Notes under the pieces: generated by a model
What the model was told of the DNA's origin: nothing
Database searches by the model: none
Seen by the model: the letters and a program-made list of their open reading frames with translations, nothing else
Position numbers and translations under genes: made by a program
Shown here: positions 33,206-44,557 of the stretch, piece by piece
How the letters are laid out: each line of letters starts with the position of its first letter
Numbering within the stretch: the first letter of the stretch is position 1
Source: Trypanosoma brucei
Lineage: Eukaryota
Length of the DNA stretch: 64,000 nucleotides
Direction: 5' to 3'
NCBI GenBank assembly: GCA_000002445.1
Contig: CM000208.1
Coordinates: 3,680,001-3,744,000 of the forward strand

Positions 33206-34305
33206 TCTCGGGGGAAATGCTTGATAAGAGTTTTATTAATCTCCTGGATGTAATGACAGGACGATGGATTAAGAAACAAGTTAGTGGGGAGTAAGTGACA
33301 AAAATTGTCGGGAGTCGTATCATTGTACTACGTTAATATCGCAGCATGAATTGTAATAAGAAGTAAAACTCTCTAACGTTTTTTGTTTGTTGTACAATAT
33401 TTCAAATGTTTTAATGTATTTTTCTTACCGAGGAGGAACAAAGTAACAACAGACAGACCTCCACATATCCATTGGACTCAGTCAATGTCATACACGCTAG
33501 TGAAAAGGGTGAAGTAGAGGTGAAATTATGCGGGTGTAGCCTAAAGGGCGCAACAATGTCCTGTTCTGGCGCCGGTTCACCGTGTTTTTGCTTCCCTCGT
33601 TACTGTCTCGTTTGTTTGGTTGTTTACTGTATTCTGTAATTTTCGTCTCCCTTTTACACTTTTGTACTCATCGGTTTCTTTCTTTTTCGTGGGGGGGAGA
33701 GGGAAGGAGGAAGGGGTCGGTTTCTCGCACTAGTTTTACTGTCACACTGTAGAATGATCGACTGTATATATCTATATATTTGTATTTATTTTTATATACC
33801 TACTTTTGACAGAGCTTTTTCATGTAACTGATTGTGAGTGGTGCGGGGTGGTTGCTGGTGTGGTGTAGCACTGTTGGCGAAGGAAGAGAAAAAGAAGTTT
33901 AAGAAGTACGTGGCGTGACCAAATGCGTTCAGTTTGGTTTTCAATCATCCTATTTAGTTATGGTTGTTGGTTAGTAAGCCGGTTGATACCGCTCATGACA
34001 CACCCTTTAGCACCGTGTATCCTGTACAAATTCACTCTAGTTGTCGCCCACATCTTTATCTTGTTTCCCTTTTCTAATGCAATAAGGGGATGTGCACAGC
34101 TGAGGTCCGTGATTGGTGTTTCGTTTTTGTGCGTGGGTGCAGGCGCGGGCGTCAAGCAATGAACTTTCTTTTGATTAAATTAACATGCAAAACGAAGCGA
34201 GGAAAAGTTTGTCTGCTCTCTGTCATCTCTTCTTGTCCTAAGGGTGGTTGTCTCCTTCAAGCATTGTCTGGCGCACGCTGAAATGGGTGTCGGGCGGTGC
34301 ATGAA

Positions 34306-34390
34306 GTTCTTTCTTATTCATCAATCCCTCCACTTTACTACTTTGTAAAACTCTCTCCTTCCCTTTCCTCATCTGTATCTTATTTTGGGG
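34306..34390 (+). promoter_or_regulatory. Polypyrimidine tract, candidate trans-splicing signal upstream of the gMDH gene
   Basis: T/C-rich run ctttcttattcatcaatccctccactttactactttgtaaaactctctccttccctttcctcatctgtatctt lying ~160 nt 5' of the gMDH ATG. Confidence 0.4.
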
Positions 34391-34548
34391 GCGGGGTCAC
34401 TGTGAACCTTTTACGCTACCAATAAGTTTGTTATCCATCATTATATTAAAAGTAAAATACTAAATATCAATAAAGCCACCCAAAGCCACAAAGGATCTTC
34501 TTTAAGACACACAAAGACAGGCACCAGAACAAAACTACCAACATAACA

Positions 34549-35520
34549 ATGGTCAGCGTTGCCGTAATTGGAGCCGCCGGTGGTATTGGCCAGTCTCTAT
34601 CGCTACTTCTTCTTCGCCAACTGCCGTACGGGAGCACGCTCTCGCTGTACGACGTGGCGGGTGCCCCCGGAGTGGCCGCCGATCTCTCACATGTTGACCG
34701 CGCCGGCGTCACCGTCAAATATGCTGCTGGAAAGCTCCCCCCAGTGAAGCGTGATCCCGCCCTCGCCGAACTTGCGCGCGGTGTTGATGTTTTTGTCATT
34801 GTCGCCGGTGTGCCCCGTAAGCCCGGTATGTCTCGTGACGACCTCTTCAACGTGAATGCCGGCATCATTATGGATCTTGTTCTCACATGTGGTTCCTCAT
34901 CGCCGCAGGCATGTTTCTGCGTCGTGACGAACCCCGTAAACAGCACCGTGCCGATTGCCGCTGAGGCCTTAAAGAAGCTTGGCATCTACAACAAGAACAA
35001 ACTCCTGGGCGTAACTCTGCTGGATGGGCTCCGTGCTACCCGTTTCATCAACAACGCTCGCCACCCTCTTGCCGTCGCCTCCGTCCCCGTTGTTGGTGGC
35101 CATAGCGACGTAACGATTGTCCCACTGTTTTCTCAACTTCCTGGTCCACTCCCTGAGGAGGGGGAACTGACACAGATCCGCAAGCGTGTGCAGGTGGCGG
35201 GTACGGAGGTGGTGAAGGCAAAGGCAGGCCGCGGAAGTGCCACCTTGTCGATGGCTGAGGCAGGTGCCCGCTTCGCGATGTTTGTTGTGAACGCCATCAC
35301 AGGTCAGTCTTCCCCGATGGTTTATGCGTATGTGGATACAGATGGCACTCAGAATTGCTCGTTCCTCGCAATACCGGTGGTTCTTGGCAAGAATGGCATT
35401 GAAAAGCGCCTACCGATAGGTCCCATGAATGCTGTGGAGAAGGAAATGCTTAAGCAATCCATCTCCGTTGTGAAGGCGAACATTGAGAAGGGAATGAATT
35501 TCGCGCGCTCAAAGTTGTAA
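34549..35520 (+). CDS. gMDH: Malate dehydrogenase, glycosomal (C-terminal PTS1 tripeptide SKL)
   Basis: NAD-binding N-terminus VAVIGAAGGIGQSLSLLL. MDH-family homology throughout. The protein ends ...NFARSKL, the canonical type-1 peroxisomal/glycosomal targeting signal. ATG start, 323 aa. Confidence 0.92.
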   Translation: MVSVAVIGAAGGIGQSLSLLLLRQLPYGSTLSLYDVAGAPGVAADLSHVDRAGVTVKYAAGKLPPVKRDPALAELARGVDVFVIVAGVPRKPGMSRDDLFNVNAGIIMDLVLTCGSSSPQACFCVVTNPVNSTVPIAAEALKKLGIYNKNKLLGVTLLDGLRATRFINNARHPLAVASVPVVGGHSDVTIVPLFSQLPGPLPEEGELTQIRKRVQVAGTEVVKAKAGRGSATLSMAEAGARFAMFVVNAITGQSSPMVYAYVDTDGTQNCSFLAIPVVLGKNGIEKRLPIGPMNAVEKEMLKQSISVVKANIEKGMNFARSKL

Positions 35521-37126
35521 GCCCTCTTCAAAGGCAACTCTCCCCTATCCTCAATGTTTCTCTACCACCTTCTTTTTACCCTTTTCCAACTGGTTTGATC
35601 CGTAACCGGTCGTAAGGAAGAGGTTTGAACGTACATATATGCGCACAGCCGGAGCAAACAAAAGGATGAGAAGAAGTTTGGAAGGTGTGATGGTAGAGAC
35701 TGAAAAGGAGCAGGAAAACGAAGACAAAACAATAAGAAAGTTGAGCAAGGAAATCTGTTTTAGGTCGCGATATTTATCGACTGGAGAGGTACTCTGTTTT
35801 AAACGTGGACTTCAGTTATCTTAATTGATGTTTACTATCACTAACCAATTTTATGCAATGATGAGGAGAAGTTCAAAGAAAATAAAATAGGTGAATGAGA
35901 GATAAAGGTGGAAGGGGGCATACATGCGGAAGGTCGAGGAAGAAGAAAAAGGAAAATATGAGAACTATATGATCTGAAACGGAAGGCTTCTTCACCACAC
36001 ATATAATTTACCGTGTATACCCTTATCGGTTTCCCTTTCGGTCTCATAGCACGCTGAAGGAGAGTGTGAAGGAAAAAGAACTGGGATTGATAGTGAGGTT
36101 CCACTATAAAGGGAAAGGGCGAAATAATAACAATTATTATCATTATTCAAGAGGGGAAAGGGAAGAAAAATGAAAGAAACATTTTGGTAACTCTTTCCTA
36201 TCACATTTCTTGTTTTGTCGTTTCACTCCACCGTCATCCCACTCCCCACTGGTATCGGGATCGATCCCACATGAACCGAATGAGTCACTGAATATAGTTG
36301 TTTACGTGTATGTGCAAAAGTGCATTTGGGATTCCAACCGGCAAAAATGTAATCGACCGTAGACAACTATATTCGCAAGCGCACAAAAATAAATCTATTT
36401 ATCTATATATATATGTGCTGCAAGTATATGTGACAGGACACGTGTCGAATACTAACGTGGATCGTCTTATCGTCATGAATGATGCTATTGTCTTTTTTTT
36501 ATTTCAGTTTTCAGATTTTTATTTTTGAGTTTTGTTACTATAACTACCATCATTGGTGCTGCTGTTTTCTTTTTTTCCTCTTTTTTTTTTTTCGTATTTG
36601 CCCAAATTTCCCCTTCTATGTCGATTGAAGTGCTGCTTTGTGGTCGGGGTAGCAGTAGCAGCGGGTTCGGCAACCGCAATTTTGTGATTGCGGCTGACAT
36701 GGACGGGGGAAACAAAAGAAGAGGGGCAAAACAAGAGAAAAAAGATTATGCGTGCGAGCGAACGGTTCACATTTTCCAATTTTTTTATTTATTTTCTGTT
36801 ACTTTTAAATCTCCGTTTTTGTGTGCCTCTGTTTGCGCTAAGTTGCGCCCCCTCCCTCAACACATGCATCCACGGGTGCAGACGGTTACACTCACTTGAA
36901 GCCCGTGTGGTCATCATCTCTACCTTTTTCCTGCTTTCATTCTTTTATTGTTTTTCGTGTGAGACCTCACACAATATCCCTCGACACCGGTTTTCGCTCC
37001 GGCCTCTGGTGTTGTTCACATAGAGGCAAAACGGTGGGAAAGCCTAAAAGACGTGTGCTCGGAAAGGAAGGGAATAGCTGAACGGTTTAACGGAAAGAGT
37101 GAGCCATTGCTGCATGTTGAGAGTCA

Positions 37127-38299
37127 ATGCCATCTCCAATTGTGCTCACTCGCTCGGCACCGGCGCGGGCTCTCACCATCAAAATGTTTGATCGGCAGCT
37201 GAAAGGTCTACAGCGGTGTCTGGTAGATGCCCCATCGTGCGATTTGCACAAGTTATGTGCGGATCAAATGCTCGACCGGCGCGGTTTCGTCAAGCGTGAT
37301 ACGCCTGTGGTTCTTGAAGTTGGGGCCCACACGGGTTGGTTCTTCCGACACATGTTAGAGAAGCAGCAACTCTTTGGTCTTAAACAGTACATTCAGACGG
37401 ATGTTTGCGAGGAGAGACTCAACCGCAACTACGAAGAGATTAAGCACTTGATACCCCCAGACGTGGAGTTTGTGCAAATTTGCTGTGATGAGGAGGAGCC
37501 GAGTCCGTTTGGCATTCCAGAGCGGACGGTAGATATGGTGGTATCATGCCTCTCCATGCATTGGGTTAACGACCTCGAGACGGCAATGGTGAATATTAGG
37601 AAAGTCCTCAAGAAAGACGGCTTTTTGATGCATTCCATGTTCGGTGGCAATACGCTGTATGAACTGCGTGGTTGCTTTTCCATGGCTCAAACAGAAATCC
37701 TTGGCGGCGTGTCGTCGCACATCTCGCCGATGATTGATGGAGCGGGGCTCTCCACTCTGGTGCTGCAAGCAGGATTTAATCTCCCCAGCATTGATGTAGA
37801 CCGCCACCTGCTTCTCTACAAAACACCATTCCATTTGATGGAGCACCTGTCGAGTATGGGCGAAAGTGCGTGCCATTATATGCGGCGGCCACTCAGCCGC
37901 GATGTCCTGCTCGCAGCCTGTGCCGTGTACGATGTTATGTACAAGAAAAATGAACTAATCCCGGCAACCTTTGAGGTCTTTCACACGATTGCATGGAGTC
38001 CAAGTCCGACACAGGCGAAGCCACTGGAGCGGGGAAGCGGCCAAGTGCCGTTAGCCACGTGGAATTCAAAGAATAAGAAGCGCTTACAGGATGTGCTGGA
38101 TGAGTTCGCCCAGAACCCCGATGATGAAAAGTTGCAGGCGAAAGCGGAAGAGTTGTTTCAGCAGCTGCGCGAGGAGAGCGCGGCCATGCTTGAAAAGAAG
38201 GGTTTGGATGTCCGAGGTCTCGATGGTAACCGTGATGAGGAGGCGCGGGAGCTGGAAAAGCAGAAACCGGATCCTCCCTTCCAGAAAAAGGAGAGTTAG
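37127..38299 (+). CDS. NDUFAF5-like class I SAM-dependent methyltransferase (complex I assembly factor family)
   Basis: FDRQLKGLQR...VVSCLSMHWVNDLETAM...MFGGNTLYELRGCFSMAQTE...HISPMIDGAGL...MEHLSSMGESACHYMRRPLSRDVLLAACAVYDVMYKK...IPATFEVFHTIAWSPSPTQAKPLERGSGQV is collinear with the NDUFAF5 family (SLHWVNDL, GGDTLYELR, HISPF, MGESNC, ERGSATV). ATG start. Confidence 0.8.
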   Translation: MPSPIVLTRSAPARALTIKMFDRQLKGLQRCLVDAPSCDLHKLCADQMLDRRGFVKRDTPVVLEVGAHTGWFFRHMLEKQQLFGLKQYIQTDVCEERLNRNYEEIKHLIPPDVEFVQICCDEEEPSPFGIPERTVDMVVSCLSMHWVNDLETAMVNIRKVLKKDGFLMHSMFGGNTLYELRGCFSMAQTEILGGVSSHISPMIDGAGLSTLVLQAGFNLPSIDVDRHLLLYKTPFHLMEHLSSMGESACHYMRRPLSRDVLLAACAVYDVMYKKNELIPATFEVFHTIAWSPSPTQAKPLERGSGQVPLATWNSKNKKRLQDVLDEFAQNPDDEKLQAKAEELFQQLREESAAMLEKKGLDVRGLDGNRDEEARELEKQKPDPPFQKKES

Positions 38300-38848
38300 C
38301 GATTTTTTTTTTTGCGGGGGAAAGAAGGGATGGAGTACTCGGTTCTTGTCATAGCATGGCGCGATGGTAATTGATGTGAAGCGAGTTGTTTGTCGCTTCC
38401 CCCCCCCCTCCCTTCACACACACACACACACCGCTCCCTCGCCCTCAATTAAAGGAAACGGGGAGGGGGGGCTTCCCTGCAGGGGAAACTTATCGAGTGT
38501 GTAGAACAAATCAACAGTTTGTGGCACACGAGGTTTGCCGTTATGTCGGGCACTAGCGTCGCAAAAGTAGTGAACAATGCAGTTGTTTCTTCACGTTCAC
38601 ATTTTCCTGGCTGCGTTGCAGGTTCGTTTGTACTCATCCTGTTTACTGGATGTACTCTTCAATCCCCTTCTTTGCACGACTGTATGTAATATATACATAC
38701 ATATATTTTAAAGAAAAGGACAAGTTAAGCCCTCTTGTGGAGGGAAAGGCAAGATAATCATTTGAATAAGGGGAAATTGGATATTGGTGCCATCTCGCAA
38801 TCGGCGCTGACCTATCAGGAAACTCCTTTGCTGTAGTGCTGGCTACCT

Positions 38849-40513
38849 ATGAAGAAGAATAACTCCAAGGGTAACTCCAGTGCAAACAAAGCTTCGGCCG
38901 GTGACGTCTCTCAGGTGCAGTTCTGGAACTACTTGAAGAAAGGTGATGATGAAGGCCTGGAGAAAACCTTATTGCAGCGCGTCGAAAACTCAGAGACGGG
39001 TGAAGTGACGGTAGTGGTTAACTCGGCAGTGGCAAATCAGCTTGTCAATAGCCCCAATGCGAAGAAAATCCTTCCATTATCGTACGCCATAAGCCAAGGA
39101 ATGAGTGAGCGGGGGCTGCACGCGCTTCTACTGGCAGGCGCCAAAATCGATGCTATGGATGGAACGTCCGAGCGCGCTACCGCGTTGCACGCTGCGTGCT
39201 GGGGCGAGAACGACAGCGCGGTAATGTTGCTATTACGTTGCGGGGCCAATCCCCTCGCGGTTGATTCCCAAGGTCGCACACCCCTTCACGTACTTGCTTC
39301 ATTGAACGCCATATCGCTCTTCTCACTTGTTCTGGAGACGGTAACCAAATTTGGCGTGGACCAAAATACTTGTAGGGGAGATGATACCGAACAGCGGTTG
39401 GAGGGTCATCTTTCACTGGAAGGTCATTCGCCGGTAATAGTCCCTGCTGAAAGACTTCTTGACAGCCGAGACAAAGCGGGACTTACTGTTTTGCATACCG
39501 CCGTTTCCGACATTAGCAGCGGCTCGGATGGTGTGATCAGCAAACTACTGTCGTATTTGGAGGAAATGGCAAAAACAAGCGCGGACAAGGTGTCACGGTT
39601 GGTGAATATGACAACTGACTCTGAAAGCACGGCACTCCATCTGATTCTGTCCTGGCCGAACTGCGATGAAGGTGTGATGATGCATACCGTAGAGCGGCTC
39701 CTCAAACTGGGGGCGTCTGCTAGTGCTGTTGATAAATATGGTCAGACGGCAGTCACAGTGGCAGTGACGACACACGTTGGGATTACGGTGGCAAACGTCG
39801 TACGATCGCTTTTGAGAAGTGTTGAGGAAGGTGAAGACAACGAGGCCCGTCTTAAGAATGTGTTCATGCAGTGTGATAATGAAAAAGGTTACGCGCTCAT
39901 TCATCACGCCGTTGCTGCAAATAACATAGAAGTTGTGAAAGTTCTTGTGAACTTCCTTGGGGAGTTCGATGGAGCTTCTGGTTCGCAATACATTCGCCAC
40001 TGGCTTGGTGGGCTGCTTACTGACAACAACGAAACGGTAGTGCAGCTAATTGTGGAATACGGTTGCGATGAAATAGCCGATCTCCTTATTGGATTCCAAG
40101 CTATAAACAAGATCGATTACGAAAAATACAAGGAAGAACATGAAAAAATCAGGGAAGACGAGTCAGTTGGTAATTTGGAGGATGGCGATATCGACAGTAA
40201 CGAGGAAGGGGGACATGAAATTGGAGACGAGGTGGGGCTGCGCGGAAGACAGTTTGCTGGCCGTAGCACCGCAGCTGGTGCTTCTTCCGGAGGCTCGCGT
40301 ATCCAGCTGGCACGGAGGGCGCGGGCACGGGCGCAGGCGCAGTCGGCAGCTCAGCGGAAGAAAGATTCACCGAGGCAAGACAGTGAGGTGGCGGATCGCC
40401 AGCGGAATGCCGCACCTCTTTGGGTCATGTTATGTGCGGTCCTAATTTTCATTGCGTCGGCTGCGCTTGTTGGGTTCACGTTTAGGAATACCATTGTAAG
40501 TTTGTTCGGTTAA
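38849..40513 (+). CDS. Ankyrin-repeat protein with C-terminal transmembrane anchor (tail-anchored)
   Basis: Multiple ANK repeats (ATALHAACWGENDSAVMLLLRCGANPLAVDSQGRTPLHVLA, GLTVLHTAV, ALIHHAVAANNIEVVKVLV). Acidic then Arg/Ala-rich linker. Terminal hydrophobic helix APLWVMLCAVLIFIASAALVGFTF lies 15 residues from the C-terminus. ATG start. Confidence 0.8.
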   Translation: MKKNNSKGNSSANKASAGDVSQVQFWNYLKKGDDEGLEKTLLQRVENSETGEVTVVVNSAVANQLVNSPNAKKILPLSYAISQGMSERGLHALLLAGAKIDAMDGTSERATALHAACWGENDSAVMLLLRCGANPLAVDSQGRTPLHVLASLNAISLFSLVLETVTKFGVDQNTCRGDDTEQRLEGHLSLEGHSPVIVPAERLLDSRDKAGLTVLHTAVSDISSGSDGVISKLLSYLEEMAKTSADKVSRLVNMTTDSESTALHLILSWPNCDEGVMMHTVERLLKLGASASAVDKYGQTAVTVAVTTHVGITVANVVRSLLRSVEEGEDNEARLKNVFMQCDNEKGYALIHHAVAANNIEVVKVLVNFLGEFDGASGSQYIRHWLGGLLTDNNETVVQLIVEYGCDEIADLLIGFQAINKIDYEKYKEEHEKIREDESVGNLEDGDIDSNEEGGHEIGDEVGLRGRQFAGRSTAAGASSGGSRIQLARRARARAQAQSAAQRKKDSPRQDSEVADRQRNAAPLWVMLCAVLIFIASAALVGFTFRNTIVSLFG

Positions 40514-41137
40514 AGTGACAGCAGGCTAAAAAACTAATAACAAATATTATGATGGGATGCCTCCTATTTTTGGTGGTATTGAAAACGTCTACGTCATGGT
40601 TTGTTGATGCCTAAATGTTTTGCCCATGCTCACTCTTGTAGGGTTCGCCGTTGCCGGAGATGGCGCAAGAGATGATTAAAAAATGTTCCCTGTGATACCT
40701 CTGAATGATGGTGGGCTGCTCGCCGCATTCCTCTTGACTGTTGCCTTCCAAGGGAATCATTCTCTCGCGGAAACTATAAGAGTACCAGAATAAAGGAAAT
40801 GACAGCGTTGGTCATTCGCCTTCGTTTCGTCATGACTCATTTTGTGTGACTAAGAAGCTGGGGAACAAACGTAAGACCCGCATCCTCCAACCTTCAACCA
40901 TTTGTTTTGTAGGGGAACAGTTAAGGTGGGTGGACTTCGGAATGTCAGGTGGTTCTCCCCCTTTTTCCCCACGCGACAGCCGTGCCTTTTCTTCTGTATT
41001 GGAGCCTTTTGTAGCTAATCCGCGCGTGTGCAGATTTTAGGTCCTTCTTTTACATGATGTCTATGTGCATTTCCTTTATTTTCTCCCTTTCCTCTTTTTT
41101 TTTTCACCCTCACGCAGCTACACGTACCTTTTGAAAG

Positions 41138-41995
41138 ATGAAGAATGCACTGGAGCAGCTTGATCGACATCCGCTTGTCAACTTCCAGATGGATGTCTCC
41201 CCTCTTTATAGTGCGTTGAAGAACATTATGCAAGAACAGATACAGCAGGCGCAGCTCCAGGAGAAAATCAGTCAGCGGCTAACCAATTTAGAGGCTGAGG
41301 TGCGCTCTGTTGGCGTGCGACAAAAGGAGTTTGAGGATTCATTAGATGCTTTAACACCAGATGCAAAGCTGCAGACACAACAAACCCTTAAGGAGCTTAG
41401 TACAAACATCAAGAACCTCACATCCGACATGAAGAAAGTGCGGTATGATGTGGGAGAGGCAATGAGGACGGCTGTGGATGCGAAACGTGGCATACATGAT
41501 TTAGAAAGTGAACTGCTATCTATACGGCAGCAGCAACGGGATTTCTCTGACCTTCATCAGGAGGTGATGCGGGAGCACTTGAAGTTTACAGCTGCCGTTA
41601 AAGATATTCGATGGAAGATAGAAGAACAGGAAAAACTAATCCAAGAATTTTCGCAGGTTAAACCCCAGAACACAAGTGAGGTGGATGAGTCGAAACTGCA
41701 TGGCATGCTAAGTGCCCTGTGTGAGCGCACGGATCAAAACTTCCGAAGTGTTGAGGAGAGTTCTTTTGCCGTCGATGCCGAGCTTACGCGACTTCGTGCA
41801 GATATGAAATTTGTTCAAAATGAGGTGCGCATGTTAAGAAGCGAACTTCATCGCGGAGGTAACCATTTGCGCAGGGATGTGGGTTGTAGGCGACAGTCAC
41901 CGCACGGTGGTTCGCAGGGCGCTGACAAAAGCGCGTTGAGGAATGAAGAGCATCTAAACGGCTACGAAAGTGCCAGTACACAGGGGGCATTGTAA
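41138..41995 (+). CDS. Hypothetical coiled-coil protein
   Basis: 285 aa ORF with heptad-like Q/E/L/K-rich segments. No recognisable family. ATG start. Confidence 0.5.
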   Translation: MKNALEQLDRHPLVNFQMDVSPLYSALKNIMQEQIQQAQLQEKISQRLTNLEAEVRSVGVRQKEFEDSLDALTPDAKLQTQQTLKELSTNIKNLTSDMKKVRYDVGEAMRTAVDAKRGIHDLESELLSIRQQQRDFSDLHQEVMREHLKFTAAVKDIRWKIEEQEKLIQEFSQVKPQNTSEVDESKLHGMLSALCERTDQNFRSVEESSFAVDAELTRLRADMKFVQNEVRMLRSELHRGGNHLRRDVGCRRQSPHGGSQGADKSALRNEEHLNGYESASTQGAL

Positions 41996-43108
41996 TCCCG
42001 TTGATGTGAATGGAGGTTGCAGGAGGCAAAGGCATCTTTTGTCCTTTTGTTTTTTTCCCAACGCTCCCCCTTCCCGTCCCGAATGCGTGAAGTGAGTTGC
42101 AACTCTCCTCGCCGCCAACTCATCCTTGCGGTCATATATGTTGAGCCAAGGTTCACTGAATAGAATGCTATACCCCCCCCCCCTTCCCCCCAAAAAAGAA
42201 TAAAAATAATAAATAAAGTAAGGTGTACAGCACGTAGGCTGTGGAATCATGTGAATTTTATCTTGCAGCCGCCGTGAGATTGCCCTTGTTTTTTTTCGTT
42301 TTTCTTTTCGTTAATTTTTTTTTGCTTTACTCAATTATTTGGTCAACATTAGTTTTGCTAAGCGTTGCTTTTTTTCTTTTTAGGAGCGAGGTATTGGCCA
42401 TGTATTGCACTTTTTTTTTTTGATGTGGGAAAAGAGGAGGAGGGTGAAAGCACTGTGTGTAATGTTTCGGAGAATCTTATCCCCGCAATAATCTGAGTTT
42501 TTTTTTTGCTTCCTGTGTGTTTGCGTGTGTGAAGGTTACTATTCAAATGAGGAAATAGATTGTGCCATACTCACTTTGGTTTCCCCGTCAGGGAGGTGGC
42601 GCACAAGATGCGGGGCGGGGGTGGGTGGGTGTATTCTTACCTTCCTCGTCATCCGTAAATACGCGTTACAGTAGCATAGAGGGAAAGAAAGTGTGTGTGG
42701 GGGGGGGAGGGGAAGAAATAGAAGACGGAGGAAAAGTGTAAAAGTTGGGAAAGGAATGTTGGATTTACATGTGTCCTTTTTTTTTGTTTCTCTGCTGTTC
42801 CTCTCACCAAGGGTCTTAACTGCTTGGAAACCTTCTTATTTTCTTCGTTATATGCTCAGGCGCAGGTCATGTGGGTCCTTCTGCTTCCCTTTTCTTTAGG
42901 ATCATCACGCCCTCGCTTCAAACCCTTCAGTAATGGACACTTCCTTTCAGTATGACTGTTCCCATCTCTTCTTGTTGTTTTCGTGTCGTTATTTTCCTTT
43001 CCTCTCAAATACCTACGCTTTGGTACTTTGCAACACCTGTGTCTCCGTTACAACGTTCGCTTTTCAACATACGAAACCACTGTGTAAAGTAGTGTGGTTG
43101 ACCAGGGG

Positions 43109-44557
43109 ATGTACGTGGGTCCTTGGGAGGAGTACCGCCTCATGAAGGCCATGGAGGAGTTGTGTTGGCTTAGAAATCATGTCCAGGCGGACTCGATGGT
43201 ACTTCCTTTACCATGTGATCCGGTTTCCACTCCTGGAAGTAGTCATCACCTCCGTCCCAGTTTAGAAACGGCTGGAGGATCCAGTCCGGCGCGAAGGCGG
43301 TTAGCCGATTCTGCCAATGGCAACTTGCCAGGTTGTGGCAACAGCAGCGACAAGGTGAGGTCACCATCACGTGGAAGTGAGAACCGCGTCGGAGGTGGCC
43401 TTCCCGTTGCTTATGGTGGGAACTCGGTTCTCATGAAAACTGGAACGAATCAGCTGAACGCAGTACCCGGTCATTCGATCTTCAAGACACTGGGAGAGTT
43501 CCGTACCTCTTCATCTCCAATGTGCGAGAGGCTTGTTATTGAAGACCCAGGTACTGCCAGAGGACATGCCCAACCGAAATGTTGTGTGGATTCCGGTAGG
43601 CAACCTCTTGACGCACGGCAATCTGTAGGGGATAATTGTGTCCCCAGCACCACTTTTGAGCAGACTGTACATGTGGAATTGGGTACAGGAGTTATACTAA
43701 GGAAGTTGAGGAAAAAGAAAACAGTGTCGCCCTCACCACTCACAAGTAGCGAGTTCAGTTTATTGGATTCGGTGGAGGGCATCACGACCCAAAAAAGGTT
43801 AAACATGCTGAGAGAATTAGGGCTCGCCCCGCCTCTAGACACAAGGAGTAAGTACGTGCTGGCAAAGCAAAAGTTACCCCCAAGCAGTAGCTCAAACAAG
43901 GAAAAGGAGAAGGCTAAAATCGAAGAAATTCAGGAACAGATTGAACGGCGCCTCCGCCTGCAGATGTTGTACAGCGCTGGCAGAGACAGTGCGTCGCCTT
44001 TTCCCTACGGCAGCGCGGAGGCGGCTTTAGAGAATTCTACAGGGAGTGCGAGTGTTGAGTGCCGTGAATTGGGCGCAGCACAAACCACCCCGCACGTACC
44101 GTGGGACCTTCCAAATGTTGTGTCAATTAGTTCATTAGCGCAGGGCACCACAAGCACACCTCAATTCGTGGCAAGCACTGAAAATAGGTTACACCAGGCC
44201 GCTGGTGTCAATGCTGAACCGCAGCGACTGCCTCTCTTGACACACCCGGGTGTTGCGAATATGCCAGCGAGCTCACTTCCATTGAGAGAGGGTAGTGAAA
44301 GGGTTGTTAGCACGGGCTTCACAGCCGAAATGTGCCCACAAACGAAAAATATTGAGGTCAGAAGGCAATCAAGTGTGCGTACCCCACCACTATTGGGTGC
44401 TGGAATGCATAATCCGAGCGTTTCAGGGGGGATGCAGCCACAGTCGTTGGACACCCCCGCCGTGACCAGACAGGTGGAAGCAGAACAGTTTGATGATGAT
44501 ATGGTTGGTGACCTGATCAATTGGGCGGAACAGTTGGACCCTGATAGCATTGTTTGA
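43109..44557 (+). CDS. Hypothetical Ser/Pro-rich protein
   Basis: Long ORF. The track starts it at GTG 43094; the first ATG is at 43109 (MYVGPWEEYRLMKAMEEL...). No family recognised. Acidic C-terminus. Confidence 0.5.
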   Translation: MYVGPWEEYRLMKAMEELCWLRNHVQADSMVLPLPCDPVSTPGSSHHLRPSLETAGGSSPARRRLADSANGNLPGCGNSSDKVRSPSRGSENRVGGGLPVAYGGNSVLMKTGTNQLNAVPGHSIFKTLGEFRTSSSPMCERLVIEDPGTARGHAQPKCCVDSGRQPLDARQSVGDNCVPSTTFEQTVHVELGTGVILRKLRKKKTVSPSPLTSSEFSLLDSVEGITTQKRLNMLRELGLAPPLDTRSKYVLAKQKLPPSSSSNKEKEKAKIEEIQEQIERRLRLQMLYSAGRDSASPFPYGSAEAALENSTGSASVECRELGAAQTTPHVPWDLPNVVSISSLAQGTTSTPQFVASTENRLHQAAGVNAEPQRLPLLTHPGVANMPASSLPLREGSERVVSTGFTAEMCPQTKNIEVRRQSSVRTPPLLGAGMHNPSVSGGMQPQSLDTPAVTRQVEAEQFDDDMVGDLINWAEQLDPDSIV

